A stretch of 64,000 nt of DNA, from assembly GCA_042408215.1 (NCBI GenBank), contig JAYFMW010000011.1, positions 26,032 to 90,031 on the forward strand, in the 5' to 3' direction. Source of the stretch: Microcoleus sp. GTDB lineage: Bacteria > Cyanobacteriota > Cyanobacteriia > Cyanobacteriales > Microcoleaceae. The notes under the pieces are model-generated. The model was not told the origin of the DNA. It was given only the letters and a program-made list of their open reading frames with translations, and made no database searches. Positions 22,135-33,203 of this stretch are shown piece after piece; position 1 is the first letter of the stretch, and each line of letters opens with the position of its first letter. The position numbers were made by a program, and so were the translations under genes.

Positions 22135-22332
22135 ACAGGGATGTAGGTAAATTCATCAAAACGTCGATCGGGATTTACGCACTCCGACAAAGAAACCGGG
22201 TTTTTAGCGAATTTACTCGCCACAACGAAGTATTTTCGCAAAAACCCGGTTTCTGGAGCCCCCTGTTTTTCTTCATTCTTCAACCCGCGCAGGCGGGTTT
22301 TGTTCGTGTAGACGCGGTTTCAACCGCCGGGT

Positions 22333-24345
22333 TTAATGTCCCAATAACTTATCCCGCAAATGCTTGATGCGATCGCGCAATTTACCCGCCTCCTCAAACT
22401 CCAACTTCTTCGCCGCCTCCTTCATCTGCGCCTCCAACCGCCCAATCAACTCAGGAATCTCATCCAAAGATAACTCGTTTGCGTGTTCGTAAACCTCCTC
22501 CAACTGCTGAGAATTCAGCTTGCGCGACACATCCAAAAATGCCAAAATCGCATTACTCGATCGCTTTTTGGCGATCGGCTGCGGCGTAATCCCGTGCATC
22601 TTATTATACGCTAGCTGGATTCCCCGACGGCGATCGGTTTCATCGATCGCCCTAACCATACTATCCGTCATATTATCCGCGTACAAAATAGCCTGTCCCT
22701 GAACGTGCCGCGCCGCCCTTCCAATCGTTTGAATCAACGAACGTCCCGATCGCAAAAACCCCTCTTTATCCGCATCCAAAATTACAACTAGAGACACCTC
22801 CGGCAAATCCAAACCTTCCCGCAACAAATTCACCCCAATCAATACATCAAACTTTCCATCCTGCAAATCTTGGATAATTTCGATGCGTTGAATCGACTGG
22901 ATTTCCGAGTGCAAATACCGCACTCTAATTGCCCTCTCCTGCAAATATTCGGTTAAATCTTCCGCCATCCGCTTCGTTAAAGTCGTCACCAAAACTCGCT
23001 CGTTCAGACTAACTCTTTCTTTGATTTCACCCAACAAATCGTCAATTTGTCCTGCCGTCGGACGCACAAATATAGCCGGATCGACCACTCCTGTCGGGCG
23101 GATAACCTGTTCGGCAACTCTGCCGCCCGAATTTTCAATTTCCCAATCTCCAGGCGTTGCAGACACAAAAATGCACTGATTAGCTTTTTCCCAAAATTCC
23201 TCTGCTTTCAAAGGGCGATTATCCGCCGCACTCGGCAAGCGAAATCCATGTTCAATTAATACTTTTTTGCGCGCTTGGTCGCCATTATACATTCCCCGAA
23301 TTTGCGGGACTGTGACGTGGGATTCATCGATCACCAACATCCAATCTTTGGGGAAATAATCAATCAAACATTCCGGCGGTTCCCCGGCATTTCTGCCTGC
23401 TAAGTGGCGGGAATAATTCTCGACTCCGTTGCAGTATCCTACCTCGCGCAGCATTTCCAAATCGTAGCGGGTGCGCTGTTCTTGTCGTTGTGCTTCTAAT
23501 AGTTTTCCGCTTTTTTCTAATTCTTCCAGTCGCGCTTCTAGTTCTTGTTCTATGGCGGTGCAAGCTTCTTCTAATCTGTCTTCTGGTGTGACAAAGTGGC
23601 GGGCTGGATAAATATTTAAAGCTTCTACTTTTTGAATTGTTTTACCTGTCACCGGGTCAACGTAGCGGATGGCATCTATTTCATCGCCGAAGAATTCAAT
23701 GCGAATAATTCTATCTTCATAAGCGGGGCCAATTTCTAAAACATCGCCTTTGACTCGAAATTTGCCTCTCCCTAAATCTATGTCATTGCGGCTGTATTGG
23801 ATGTTAACTAAATCTCGCAAAACTTGCCGCTGATTGATTTCCATTCCTACTCGCAAAGGAATAGCGGCTTTCAGGTATTCTGCTGGCATTCCTAAACCGT
23901 AGATGCAGCTAATGGATGCTACGACAATTACGTCGCGGCGTTCAAAGAGCGATCGCGTGGCTGAGTGTCGCAGCATATCAATTTCTTCATTAATTGCTGC
24001 CGTTTTTTCAATGTAAGTATCGCTGACGGCAATGTATGCTTCAGGTTGATAATAGTCGTAATAACTGACAAAATATTCGACAGCATTGTTGGGGAAAAAA
24101 TTACGCAGTTCGTTGCACAGTTGAGCGGCGAGGGTTTTGTTGTGGGCGAGCACTAAGGTGGGCTTGCCGATCTTTTCAATCACCGCTGCAATGGAAAAGG
24201 TTTTGCCGGTACCTGTGGCCCCTAGTAAGGTTTGAAATCGATCGCCCGCTTGGATGCTTTTGACGAGTTGGGCGATCGCTACCGGTTGGTCGCCTGTAGG
24301 CTCGAAGGGCGCTTGCAATTGAAAAGATGCTGCCGCAGTTACCAT
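22333..24345 (-). CDS. uvrB: Excinuclease ABC subunit B
   Basis: [29 protein letters not shown]-terminal UVR domain. Confidence 0.98.
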   Translation of the reverse strand: MVTAAASFQLQAPFEPTGDQPVAIAQLVKSIQAGDRFQTLLGATGTGKTFSIAAVIEKIGKPTLVLAHNKTLAAQLCNELRNFFPNNAVEYFVSYYDYYQPEAYIAVSDTYIEKTAAINEEIDMLRHSATRSLFERRDVIVVASISCIYGLGMPAEYLKAAIPLRVGMEINQRQVLRDLVNIQYSRNDIDLGRGKFRVKGDVLEIGPAYEDRIIRIEFFGDEIDAIRYVDPVTGKTIQKVEALNIYPARHFVTPEDRLEEACTAIEQELEARLEELEKSGKLLEAQRQEQRTRYDLEMLREVGYCNGVENYSRHLAGRNAGEPPECLIDYFPKDWMLVIDESHVTVPQIRGMYNGDQARKKVLIEHGFRLPSAADNRPLKAEEFWEKANQCIFVSATPGDWEIENSGGRVAEQVIRPTGVVDPAIFVRPTAGQIDDLLGEIKERVSLNERVLVTTLTKRMAEDLTEYLQERAIRVRYLHSEIQSIQRIEIIQDLQDGKFDVLIGVNLLREGLDLPEVSLVVILDADKEGFLRSGRSLIQTIGRAARHVQGQAILYADNMTDSMVRAIDETDRRRGIQLAYNKMHGITPQPIAKKRSSNAILAFLDVSRKLNSQQLEEVYEHANELSLDEIPELIGRLEAQMKEAAKKLEFEEAGKLRDRIKHLRDKLLGH

Positions 24346-24545
24346 AGGAAAATGTAGCTATTACCTAGGAATTTTAACAAAAATACAACTCCTATGCAAT
24401 TTAGTTGAGAAAGTTGTTAGACTTTATCATATTATTTTAATAATTGACCAAAATAGAAAGCAGAAAGCCCAGAAAAGCAGTTGTCCCAGTCCGACGCTTT
24501 CCGAACCCAGCAATCAAAAGCCCAATAATTCAACAGGAAAAAATT

Positions 24546-25019
24546 ATGACTCTCAGCCCCAAAGGTAAAGGTAATGCGATCGCCCAGCGCGGTAAAGCAG
24601 CTTCCAAGAGCGAAGCGGCAGTAGCCACCGACACCAAACAAGCAGGAATTCAACTCTATCTGCCGGCTGGCTTACCCAACCGCCCTGTTGGCCCAAACGA
24701 CTTTACCGTGAGCCAGATTGTCTCGATATCGGGGAATCGCCCGATCGGCACTAGCACCCTGCACATCAGCGAAACCTACGGTATTGTAGGTAACCGCCCC
24801 GTGGAAGCGAGCAACTTTGAAGTAGTGGCGACATTGGGGAGACGCCCGATCGGCACCAGCGCTATGCAAGTCAGCGAAATGTTCAGTATGTCGGGTGCGC
24901 GGCCAATCGCCGTCAGCACTCTTCACATTGACGAAGTTTACTCGACAATGGGTGGGAATCGCCCAATTGCTTCCAACGAAATTGATGACACTTGGACTTT
25001 AATGGGCTTCTTAGATTAA
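24546..25019 (+). CDS. Hypothetical protein with repeated (N/R)RP(I/V) units
   Basis: About six imperfect ~17-20 aa repeats, ending LMGFLD. Confidence 0.7.
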   Translation: MTLSPKGKGNAIAQRGKAASKSEAAVATDTKQAGIQLYLPAGLPNRPVGPNDFTVSQIVSISGNRPIGTSTLHISETYGIVGNRPVEASNFEVVATLGRRPIGTSAMQVSEMFSMSGARPIAVSTLHIDEVYSTMGGNRPIASNEIDDTWTLMGFLD

Positions 25020-25020
25020 G

Positions 25021-25398
25021 TAGTCATTAGTCATTAGTCATTAGTCAGCAGTCATTAGTTAGGATTCAGTATTCATCAGCTAATACACAATTGCTAACTG
25101 GCAATTTGACTAATGACTATAGTCATTAGTCATTAGTCAGCAGTCATTAGTTAGGATTCAGGATTCATCAGCTAATACACAATTGCTAACTGGCAATTTG
25201 ACTAATGACTATAGTCATTAGTCATTAGTCAGCAGTCATTAGTTAGGATTCAGGATTCATCAGCTAATACACAATTGCTAACTGGCAATTTGACTAATGA
25301 CTATAGTCATTAGTCATTAGTCAGCAGTCATTAGTTAGGATTCAGTATTCATCAGCTAATACACAATTGCTAACTGGCAATTTGACTAATGACTAATG
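25021..25398. repeat. 92-bp tandem repeat x4 built on TAGTCAT heptamers
   Basis: AGGATTCAG anchors at 25061, 25153, 25245 and 25337 (exact 92-bp period). Confidence 0.95.
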
Positions 25399-25461
25399 AT
25401 ATTAAGTCCGGTTAATTGCTGATAAAACCTGTACGGGCATTGGACATTGGGCATGGCTAAA

Positions 25462-25650
25462 ATGACTAATGACTAATGACTAATGACTAATGACTAATGA
25501 CTAATGACTAATGACTAATGACTAATGACCAATGACTAATGACCAATGACTAATGACCTAATGACTAATGACTAATGACTAATGACTAATGACTAATGAC
25601 TAATGACCAATGACTAATGACCAATGACTAATGACTAATGACTAATAACT
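25462..25650. repeat. STRR (TGACTAA)n array
   Basis: More than 20 tandem heptamers. Confidence 0.95.
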
Positions 25651-28576
25651 AATTTCTCGGTTTCTGATATTTACTCAACAAAGCCACAAATCGCTTGTAA
25701 TCCAAAGGCTTTCTCAAATACTCCGCCGCTCCCAATTCCCAACCCTGATTTTGGTCGTCCAAAAAAGTCGTCATAATCACCGGAATATCAGCCAAATCTG
25801 GATCGGCTTTCAAAGCAGACAGCACCGCCCAGCCATCCATACTCGGCATCATCACATCTAGAGTAATTGCATCGGGCCGCAACTCAGACGCCAACAGCAG
25901 CCCCGCTTCACCGCTAGCCGAAGAATGCACCCGAAATCCCTGTTTGGACAAGCAGCGGGCGATCAGCTCCCGTGCATCCGGGTCATCGTCAATCACCAAG
26001 ACGATCGCAGCATCAGGTAACAGCGACGCAGCCGATCGCATTTCGGCTTCACTGACTCGCTCCACCGCTACACCTGTCTCCGAATCAAGAGAAGACTCAT
26101 TCTGAAATTCTGTCATTTCTGTCGATCGCCCAGCTTCTTTCTTGCTTTTAACCTCAATCGGTAATCGGATCGTAAAAGTAGAACCCTTCTCAAACTCGCT
26201 GTCAACACTAATGTCTCCGCCCATCATCTGACAAAACTTGCGACTAATTGTCAGCCCCAAACCAGTACCGCCGTACCTGCGGGTGGTGGAATCATCCGCC
26301 TGTGCGAAGGCCCCGAACAGCCTCAACACCTGATCCTCAGTCATCCCAATCCCGCTGTCGGTGACTTGAAAGACGATCGAGGGCCTTTGACACCCAGAGC
26401 GATCGCGAGGCGAGGAGTCCGAATTGTCTATCTGCAAAACCGCCTCTTTCTCCAGCCAAACACTAATCGTAATTTTGCCGCGAGAAGTAAACTTAGCAGC
26501 ATTGCTCGCCAAATTCAGCAGCGCTTGTCGTACTTTCCCAGCATCAGCGTACATTGTGCCGAGATTGCTGTCACAGTGGATGCTAAGAATGTTGCCATTT
26601 TTCGCGATCAGGGGTTGAACAGTCGTTACCACCTCAGAGAGCAAGTTCGAGATGGGGAAAGTCTCCAAACAAAGAGTCATCTTTCCGGCTTCAATCTTAG
26701 AAATATCGAGAATATCGCTAATAATATTCAGCAACTGCTTACCTGCAATATTAATGCTGGTCAAATCCATCACAAACTCTTCTTGCTCTAGTTCCAGGGC
26801 CTCTTCTTGCAGTAGCTCACTGTAGCCGATAATCGCATTTAAAGGCGTCCGCAACTCATGAGTCATATTTGCCAAAAATGTACTTTTCGCCCGGTTCGCA
26901 GCCTCCGCAGCCTCCTTAGCGACTTCCAATTCAAGGCTACGTTCCTCTAGCTGCTGACGCCGCACTTCCAAACCCTTGAGCAAACTGCTAATTTGCAGTG
27001 CCATTGTATTGAGAGTATAGGAAAGCACGCCGATCGCATCATTAGACACAACAGGCGATCGAGCCGTCAAATCCCCGCTCGCCATTAATTCCGCAGCTTC
27101 CCTGAGCAAGCCGAGATTCCGAATAATTGACGACACCGACACCAAAGCAACTATTCCGGCGATCGAACTCAAAACCCAAGCAGCCATCAGCCAACGCTGA
27201 GTGCGACTCACCACCGCCAGAGTCTGCTGCACCAGCACTGCAATTGCTTCGTCAGGAACCCTCCCAGCCGGGGCCCCAGCAGATTGTATTCCCAACAAAT
27301 AGTTTTTCATCTCCACAGCACCGATCCACCCAGCCCCTACGGCCATCCAAGCGATCAGTACCAAAATCACAAACAGCCCAATCAAAGACGCCCGAGTTCC
27401 CACCGAGAGCCGCCTCGGAGCAAGTGCCGCCGCCCAAGGATAGTTTTTGAGAAAAGGATCTGGCTGTACCGGTTCGCCAGAATTCCAAATCTCCTCAATT
27501 TGACCGTCTGACCTCACCTTACCAATTCGCACTGTTTTCCAGGTATGCTGCGTTTCGGCATCTATTTTAACTTGACCTGAAGGCGCCGCAAACTCGATAT
27601 TTTTAGCAGCCGCCCTGACTTTGGCAACTTCTGTTGAACCCGCTTTTTCTACTGCTTGCTTCCACAGGTAAACGCCCAAATAAGCCGCTTCGATCGGGTC
27701 ATCCGTCACTCGATTTTTCCCATATTTAGCTTTATAAGCCTTGACAAATTTCTGATTTTCTGGTATATCCACCGTTTGGAAATAGTTCCAAACTACCAAA
27801 TGTCCGGCAATATTTTCCGGTCCGATCGCCCGCACCTCTTCCTCTGCTACGCTGACCGACATCACCGGCAACTTGTCAGCCGTCAAGCCAGCCGATCGCA
27901 GATGAAGGAAAAAAGCCACATTGCTATCGCCGTTGAGAGTATTCAGAATTGCATCCGGCTTAACTGCTAGGATCTGGGCGATCGCTTCATCAACATCCCT
28001 CGAACCCAAAGGCAGATACACTTCCCCCGCCAACTCTCCCCCTTTTGCCACCAGTTGAGCTTTCACAATCAGATTCGCCGTGCGGGGAAAAATATAATCC
28101 GAACCCAGCAAGAAAATTTTCCGCTTCGACAGTGCCAGCAAGTAATCCACACAAGGGATAATTTGTTGATTAGGAGCAGCCCCAGTGTAGAAAATATTGG
28201 GAGACTGCTCTAATCCCTCATACTGCACCGGATAAAACAGCAACCCATTCAGATTCTCGAACACTGGAAGCACAGCCTTGCGGCTAGCCGAAGTCCAGCA
28301 ACCAAATACTACCGCCACCTGAGCTTCTGTGAGCAATTGCTTAGCTTTTTGAGCAAAAGTCTGCAAATCGCTTGCCCCATCTTCCATCACTACCTCTAGG
28401 GGGCATCCGAGCACTCCTCCGGTAGCATTAATTTCCTCAACAGCCAACAGCGTCGCGTCTTTAACAGAAATTTCGCTGATAGACATCGTGCCAGTCAGCG
28501 AATGCAACACGCCTATTTTTATCGGCTCACTCGCCCTGAATTCTACTTCGAGGGGGGTACTGCTCCTTGCTCCCAT
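25649..28576 (-). CDS. Hybrid sensor histidine kinase: UrtA/AmiC-type ligand-binding domain-2TM-HAMP-HisKA-HATPase-REC
   Basis: [31 protein letters not shown] (UrtA-like); [26 protein letters not shown]. Confidence 0.92.
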   Translation of the reverse strand: MGARSSTPLEVEFRASEPIKIGVLHSLTGTMSISEISVKDATLLAVEEINATGGVLGCPLEVVMEDGASDLQTFAQKAKQLLTEAQVAVVFGCWTSASRKAVLPVFENLNGLLFYPVQYEGLEQSPNIFYTGAAPNQQIIPCVDYLLALSKRKIFLLGSDYIFPRTANLIVKAQLVAKGGELAGEVYLPLGSRDVDEAIAQILAVKPDAILNTLNGDSNVAFFLHLRSAGLTADKLPVMSVSVAEEEVRAIGPENIAGHLVVWNYFQTVDIPENQKFVKAYKAKYGKNRVTDDPIEAAYLGVYLWKQAVEKAGSTEVAKVRAAAKNIEFAAPSGQVKIDAETQHTWKTVRIGKVRSDGQIEEIWNSGEPVQPDPFLKNYPWAAALAPRRLSVGTRASLIGLFVILVLIAWMAVGAGWIGAVEMKNYLLGIQSAGAPAGRVPDEAIAVLVQQTLAVVSRTQRWLMAAWVLSSIAGIVALVSVSSIIRNLGLLREAAELMASGDLTARSPVVSNDAIGVLSYTLNTMALQISSLLKGLEVRRQQLEERSLELEVAKEAAEAANRAKSTFLANMTHELRTPLNAIIGYSELLQEEALELEQEEFVMDLTSINIAGKQLLNIISDILDISKIEAGKMTLCLETFPISNLLSEVVTTVQPLIAKNGNILSIHCDSNLGTMYADAGKVRQALLNLASNAAKFTSRGKITISVWLEKEAVLQIDNSDSSPRDRSGCQRPSIVFQVTDSGIGMTEDQVLRLFGAFAQADDSTTRRYGGTGLGLTISRKFCQMMGGDISVDSEFEKGSTFTIRLPIEVKSKKEAGRSTEMTEFQNESSLDSETGVAVERVSEAEMRSAASLLPDAAIVLVIDDDPDARELIARCLSKQGFRVHSSASGEAGLLLASELRPDAITLDVMMPSMDGWAVLSALKADPDLADIPVIMTTFLDDQNQGWELGAAEYLRKPLDYKRFVALLSKYQKPRN

Positions 28577-28950
28577 AGGGTTTTAGATTCTTTTTACTAG
28601 CCTACAAATTTTAATTCAATCCGGCAGGGAGTAGCCTCCGATCCTAACTCTTTTTTAGCAGATTATTTAACCCGACTGCAATAAAACTTTGCAATTGGTC
28701 CCCTCTATTGATTTTAACTGGAAAACTCAAATTCCGCATTTTCCAGAGCTTGCCTTCAGCCTAGACTGCGAGCGAGGTTCTAGAACCGCAATGTCTTGAC
28801 ACCCTGAGTTTTCTAAAGCCAGAAACCCTTTCCCTAATCTCCCTTTCGGCAGATGGACTTCCCAAGGATTTTTTTTTATGATTAGTGTAGAGTTAACTTG
28901 CCGGTGGCAATCTTTCAACTAAATAATTTAAACCCAAGGATGAATGAAGA

Positions 28951-29157
28951 ATGAATATTCAAAAAACCCCCCCCATCACCGTCAGCGGCTGTGAAGTCAC
29001 GCTCCCAAAATCCAAAGAGGAATTACTCGCCGAGGAAACGGAAAAAGCCCTCGGTCAGCAGAAACAAAATGATGCTCAAACTATGCGTGCTGTCGAACAG
29101 TTAAAAGAAGAACTTCAGCACAAAATAGACGAAGAATGTCATCACAAGGTAGATTAA
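28951..29157 (+). CDS. Small hypothetical protein
   Basis: 68-aa ORF with an AAGGA upstream and a downstream hairpin terminator. Confidence 0.55.
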   Translation: MNIQKTPPITVSGCEVTLPKSKEELLAEETEKALGQQKQNDAQTMRAVEQLKEELQHKIDEECHHKVD

Positions 29158-29178
29158 ACTATCATGCAGATTTTCAGC

Positions 29179-29221
29179 AGGGGGTGTGGGCAAGATTTGG
29201 TATTGCTCACACCCCCTTTTC
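29179..29221 (+). terminator. Rho-independent terminator
   Basis: GGGGGTGTGGGCAA...TTGCTCACACCCCC followed by TTTT. Confidence 0.7.
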
Positions 29222-29427
29222 AATGCTGATTCTTCAATTCTTCAATTCTTCAATCTCAAATCTCAAATCTCACTTATAAATCCCGAAGCCTATTCCTAAC
29301 GACTAGGACTAACGACTAATAACTAATAACTACTTTATACCTACAGGCAGAGTGCAAATAAAGCATTTGAGCAATATGATTAGTTTAAGTAGAAAGTGTA
29401 AAACAAGATACAGAAAAGGAGCAACCC

Positions 29428-29616
29428 ATGAGTATTGAAAATCGGGTCAAGGCAACTGGCAAAAACATCGAAGGCGCTGCTCAAGAAGCTCTAGGCAATG
29501 TGACTGGCGACCCCAAGGATAAAGCTCAAGGTAAAGCCAAGCAAAAACAAGCTGAAGCTAGCCACGCAGTCGAAGACGTAAAAGATGCCATCAAAGACCA
29601 AATAGACCGAGCCTAA
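29428..29616 (+). CDS. CsbD family stress protein
   Basis: MSIENRVKATGKNIEG...GNVTGDPKDKAQGKAKQ; AAGGAG RBS. Confidence 0.9.
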   Translation: MSIENRVKATGKNIEGAAQEALGNVTGDPKDKAQGKAKQKQAEASHAVEDVKDAIKDQIDRA

Positions 29617-29793
29617 CACTTGGTAAAAGTATAGTCATGTAATACATGACTTGGGAGGTCTTGAATCCCTCCCCTCTTGAGCGGATTGTCAAGTTGAATC
29701 CCTCGACAATCTGCGGTTTAATATGTCGCTATTATTGGCTAAAAAAAATTGACTTTGAGACGCAAATGTGGTCTAGATTGGCAAATAATTACG

Positions 29794-30476
29794 ATGAGTA
29801 GCAGCGATCGTTACAAGCGTCACATCATGAGCGATTTGGCAAGTGGCGATCGAGAAATGATGCCAGAGACATCCGCCGAAGCATAGGAAAACTTTGATGA
29901 TTTTGCAAGGGCGAACTTCGCCGGCTCAGCGCAAACAATTATTTGGTCGTTCTCTGAATCATGACAGTCTGTCGCCGGCTCAATTGGAACCGGAATTGCA
30001 CTCATGCGATCGCCAAAATTAAACCGAACGAACGCGATGACGTGGCCCAGGAATTTCTCAAGCATTTGACCAAAAGAGAATTGAACGATCGCACCTTGTC
30101 ACAGCAGCTAGGACTTTCTACTCACCACGCTAGCCACATGAATGCTGACGATGTTACCAAATTAGCCTCGTTCACCTATCACAATCACCCGGATATTTTC
30201 CGAGAAGTATTAGCCGAACAGCCGGGTTTGATGAAGTTTTTGGGAAATCCAGTTGTGGCGGGTATTTTGGGAATAGTTGCTGCTAATACCAATTTTTTAT
30301 GAGGCCCCGTAGAATCTGATCCCCCCTAACCCCCCTTAATAAGGGGGGAACAAGATTCTGCTCTTTCGTCAACCCCTACTCACACCCTACTCCCTGATTA
30401 AGGGGGATGCGAGGGGGATCGAGATATATGCAACGACCCATTAAATTGGTATAAGTGGCTCAGCAACCGCAAATAG
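29794..30476 (+). pseudogene. Disrupted hypothetical gene (TAG at ~29884, two frameshifts, MITE near the 3' end)
   Basis: MSSSDRYKRHIMSDLA...*ENFDDFA/RTSPAQRKQLFGRSL/AIAKIKPNERDDVA...GIVAA[MITE]KWLSNRK*. Confidence 0.7.
30287..30451. mobile_element. MITE family B (TIR TACCAATTT/AAATTGGTA, TAA target duplication)
   Basis: TAA at 30284-30286 and 30452-30454; excision restores GCT AAG TGG. Confidence 0.85.
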
Positions 30477-30876
30477 TCTTGTTTTCAGACAATTCTCAAA
30501 GCTCATCCTGTAGACAGGAAATAAAGGGCGATCGCAAGTCGATCGCCCTTTAGTATTTTATACCAAATCACCAGCTTCTATCAAATCCGGTAGCATCGGA
30601 ATTATTCAGATCTCTATTCTCTCCCTCTGTGTCCTCTGTGTTCTAGAAAGGTTAAATCATTCCGGTACAACCAGAAACGATATTCTAGGCCTGAATTATT
30701 CTGATCGTCACTGTTCGTGTCAATAAAGCCAATTACCAATTCCCAATTACCAATTACCAATTGCCAATTATTGCTCAGACATAAAAATAGCTGCGGTGAC
30801 ATAACCTGGCAATTACACCTGACACTCCGCAGGATTAAATGTAGGATTAAGTGTTGCCTTGAATTAGGAAAAAAAG

Positions 30877-31659
30877 ATGAACATATCCTCTATTTGGCGA
30901 AAAGTTCGCAGCCAGCCAGCCTTCTGCTTGGCTGCACTGCTGTCAGTTTGTCTCGTATTCATCGGTTGTTCGCCCGCCCAGTCAGCCGGTGGTAATCCAG
31001 TCGATCCCAAGTTAAAAGAGCAAGTCTTGCAGATTATCCGCGAAAACCCGCAAGCAATTTTAGAGTCGGTACAAGCGTACCAGCAGCAACAGCAAGATGC
31101 TCTCAAAGCTGCGCGACAATCATTTTTCGATCAGATGAAAAGCAGTCCCAAATCGGCGATCGGCGATTCTCCCACAACAGGTGCCGCCTCGCAACAGATT
31201 GTACTGTTAGAATTTTCCGATTTTCAATGTCCGTTTTGTGCGCGGGCTCACGATACAGTCAAGCAGTTTATGGCCAAACACCAAGACCAAGTTACTTTAG
31301 CCTACAAACATTTTCCCTTAACTTCAATTCACCCTCAAGCCCTACCAGCAGCTAAAGCAGCCTGGGCTGCCGGACAGCAGGGCAAATTCTGGGAATATTA
31401 CAGCGCGTTGTTCGAGGGACAAAAACAGTTAGGTGAAGACTTGTACCCAGCGATCGCCCAAAAACTCAATCTCAAATTAGATAAATTCAACACCGATCGC
31501 AACAGCCAGAGCGCCGAAGCAGCCATTCAAAAAGACTTGCAACTCGCTCAATCATTGGGAATAGAAGGCACTCCATTCTTTATCATGAACGGCAAAACCT
31601 TCTCAGGGGCGATCGAGCTGGCCGAGATGGAAAATATTCTCGCCTCTGTCTCTAAATAG
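30877..31659 (+). CDS. DsbA family thiol-disulfide oxidoreductase (probable lipoprotein)
   Basis: EFSDFQCPFC, HFPL, GTPFF; FIGC lipobox-like motif. Confidence 0.9.
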   Translation: MNISSIWRKVRSQPAFCLAALLSVCLVFIGCSPAQSAGGNPVDPKLKEQVLQIIRENPQAILESVQAYQQQQQDALKAARQSFFDQMKSSPKSAIGDSPTTGAASQQIVLLEFSDFQCPFCARAHDTVKQFMAKHQDQVTLAYKHFPLTSIHPQALPAAKAAWAAGQQGKFWEYYSALFEGQKQLGEDLYPAIAQKLNLKLDKFNTDRNSQSAEAAIQKDLQLAQSLGIEGTPFFIMNGKTFSGAIELAEMENILASVSK

Positions 31660-31745
31660 TCTCACATCATGAAGAGGCAGAGCCTCCCTGAGCTGCCTTC
31701 CCAGCCTGGAGGGCTGGGAACGAGAACAACTCAAAAAATCTCTGA

Positions 31746-32447
31746 TTAAACTGCCGCCAACTCAGGAGTCGGGCGCTTGCTGTGGCGGATACCCTCGATC
31801 GCACCTGCGTAATCCTTCGCCTTAAACACAGCAGAACCAGCCACGATCGCATTTGCGCCGGCTTCCAGAACCTGCCAAGTATTATCCACCTTCAAACCGC
31901 CATCCACCTCAATCCAAGGATCAAGACCCTTCTCATCGCACATTTGGCGCAACTTGCGAATTTTCGGCAACACAGTCGGAATAAAACTTTGACCCCCAAA
32001 GCCCGGATTGACACTCATAATCAGCACCAAATCGCAAAGTTCCAGCACGTACTCAATCAACTCCAGCGGTGTCGAAGGATTGAGAACCACACCAGCCTGC
32101 TTGCCCAATTCCCGAATTTGACCGAGAGTGCGGTGCAAGTGAGGCGAAGCATTGTGCTCGGCGTGAACCGAAATAATGTCAGCACCAGCCTTCGCGAAGT
32201 CCTCAACATACTTCTCCGGTTCCACAATCATCAAGTGGACATCGATGATTTTGCTAGTAACAGGACGAATTGCCTCAACAATCAGCGGTCCGATCGTAAT
32301 ATTAGGAACAAAGCGACCATCCATCACATCTACGTGAATCCAGTCAGCCCCAGCTTGATCGACAGCTTGAATCTCTGCTCCGAGACGGCTAAAATCGGCT
32401 GATAATATGGATGGAGCAATAACGATCGGTTTTTGGGATTTGGTCAT
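31746..32447 (-). CDS. rpe: Ribulose-phosphate 3-epimerase
   Basis: [32 protein letters not shown]. Confidence 0.97.
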   Translation of the reverse strand: MTKSQKPIVIAPSILSADFSRLGAEIQAVDQAGADWIHVDVMDGRFVPNITIGPLIVEAIRPVTSKIIDVHLMIVEPEKYVEDFAKAGADIISVHAEHNASPHLHRTLGQIRELGKQAGVVLNPSTPLELIEYVLELCDLVLIMSVNPGFGGQSFIPTVLPKIRKLRQMCDEKGLDPWIEVDGGLKVDNTWQVLEAGANAIVAGSAVFKAKDYAGAIEGIRHSKRPTPELAAV

Positions 32448-32550
32448 GGCTAAGTCTGTTCTCCTGTCTCCTGTGCTGTATCCAGTCTATCAAAATGCGG
32501 CGATCGGGCCCGAAAAGTTGTGAATAATCAGTTAGTAGGGGCCAGCCCGG

Positions 32551-32686
32551 CCCAGAAATTTTGCCCAGAACCGACAAATTTTGTGCAAAACCAGCCTGGT
32601 ACTGGCCCGGCCTGAAAATTTTGCCCAGAAATTTTGCCCAGAAATTTTGCCCAGAAATTTTGCCCAGAACCGACAAATTTTGTCCA
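32551..32686. repeat. 13-bp tandem repeat (CCAGAAATTTTGC)n with variants
   Basis: Directly visible in the rpe divergent intergenic region. Confidence 0.85.
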
Positions 32687-32730
32687 AAAACAGCCCTTTT
32701 ATCGGAATTTTGAGTTTTGAGCGATTAATT

Positions 32731-33105
32731 ATGAAAAATACAGATCCGCTAGAAAATCCTGACCTCGATCGTGCAAGTCTGTTTGTATTAATGATTCCAG
32801 TCATCGGTTTTTTTCCCTCCCTGTGGACACTTTACCGCCGTCAAGGCAGCCCCGAACGCAAAGCCATCAGCCGCTTGGCAATAGCCCTTGCTGTTAGTTG
32901 GCTTTTAGGACATATTCTTTTAGAAGCTGGAGCCATTTCTACGGAATCTTGGACACTTCCCCTGTTATTAATGAGTAGCCTGTTGACAACCAGCTATTTC
33001 ATTGTTGCTCTAGGACTGATGGTTCGCCTCGGTCAACGTCAACCGCTCTGGTTGCCCGGAATTAGTCGCGTAGCCGAACAATTGATCGGCAAACATTTAT
33101 CCTAA
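32731..33105 (+). CDS. Hypothetical membrane protein (3 TM)
   Basis: IPVIGFFPSLWTLYRRQGS...LWLPGIS; hydrophobic pattern. Confidence 0.7.
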   Translation: MKNTDPLENPDLDRASLFVLMIPVIGFFPSLWTLYRRQGSPERKAISRLAIALAVSWLLGHILLEAGAISTESWTLPLLLMSSLLTTSYFIVALGLMVRLGQRQPLWLPGISRVAEQLIGKHLS

Positions 33106-33203
33106 ATTAGGGTAATTTAGGTGTTAAACTAGATCGGATTATCCCTGGATTTTACCGTACATTACCGGACACAAGCCCCATAAACTTTTATACCCAAAAA
33201 AAG

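Noticed and set aside
25021..25398. Possible CRISPR array
   Set aside because: The would-be spacers are identical, the period is 92 bp and there are no cas genes; it is a tandem repeat.
31782..32402. 206-aa plus-strand ORF, and similar shadow ORFs over uvrB, xfp, lpdA and the TpsA gene
   Set aside because: Antisense shadows of well-supported genes.
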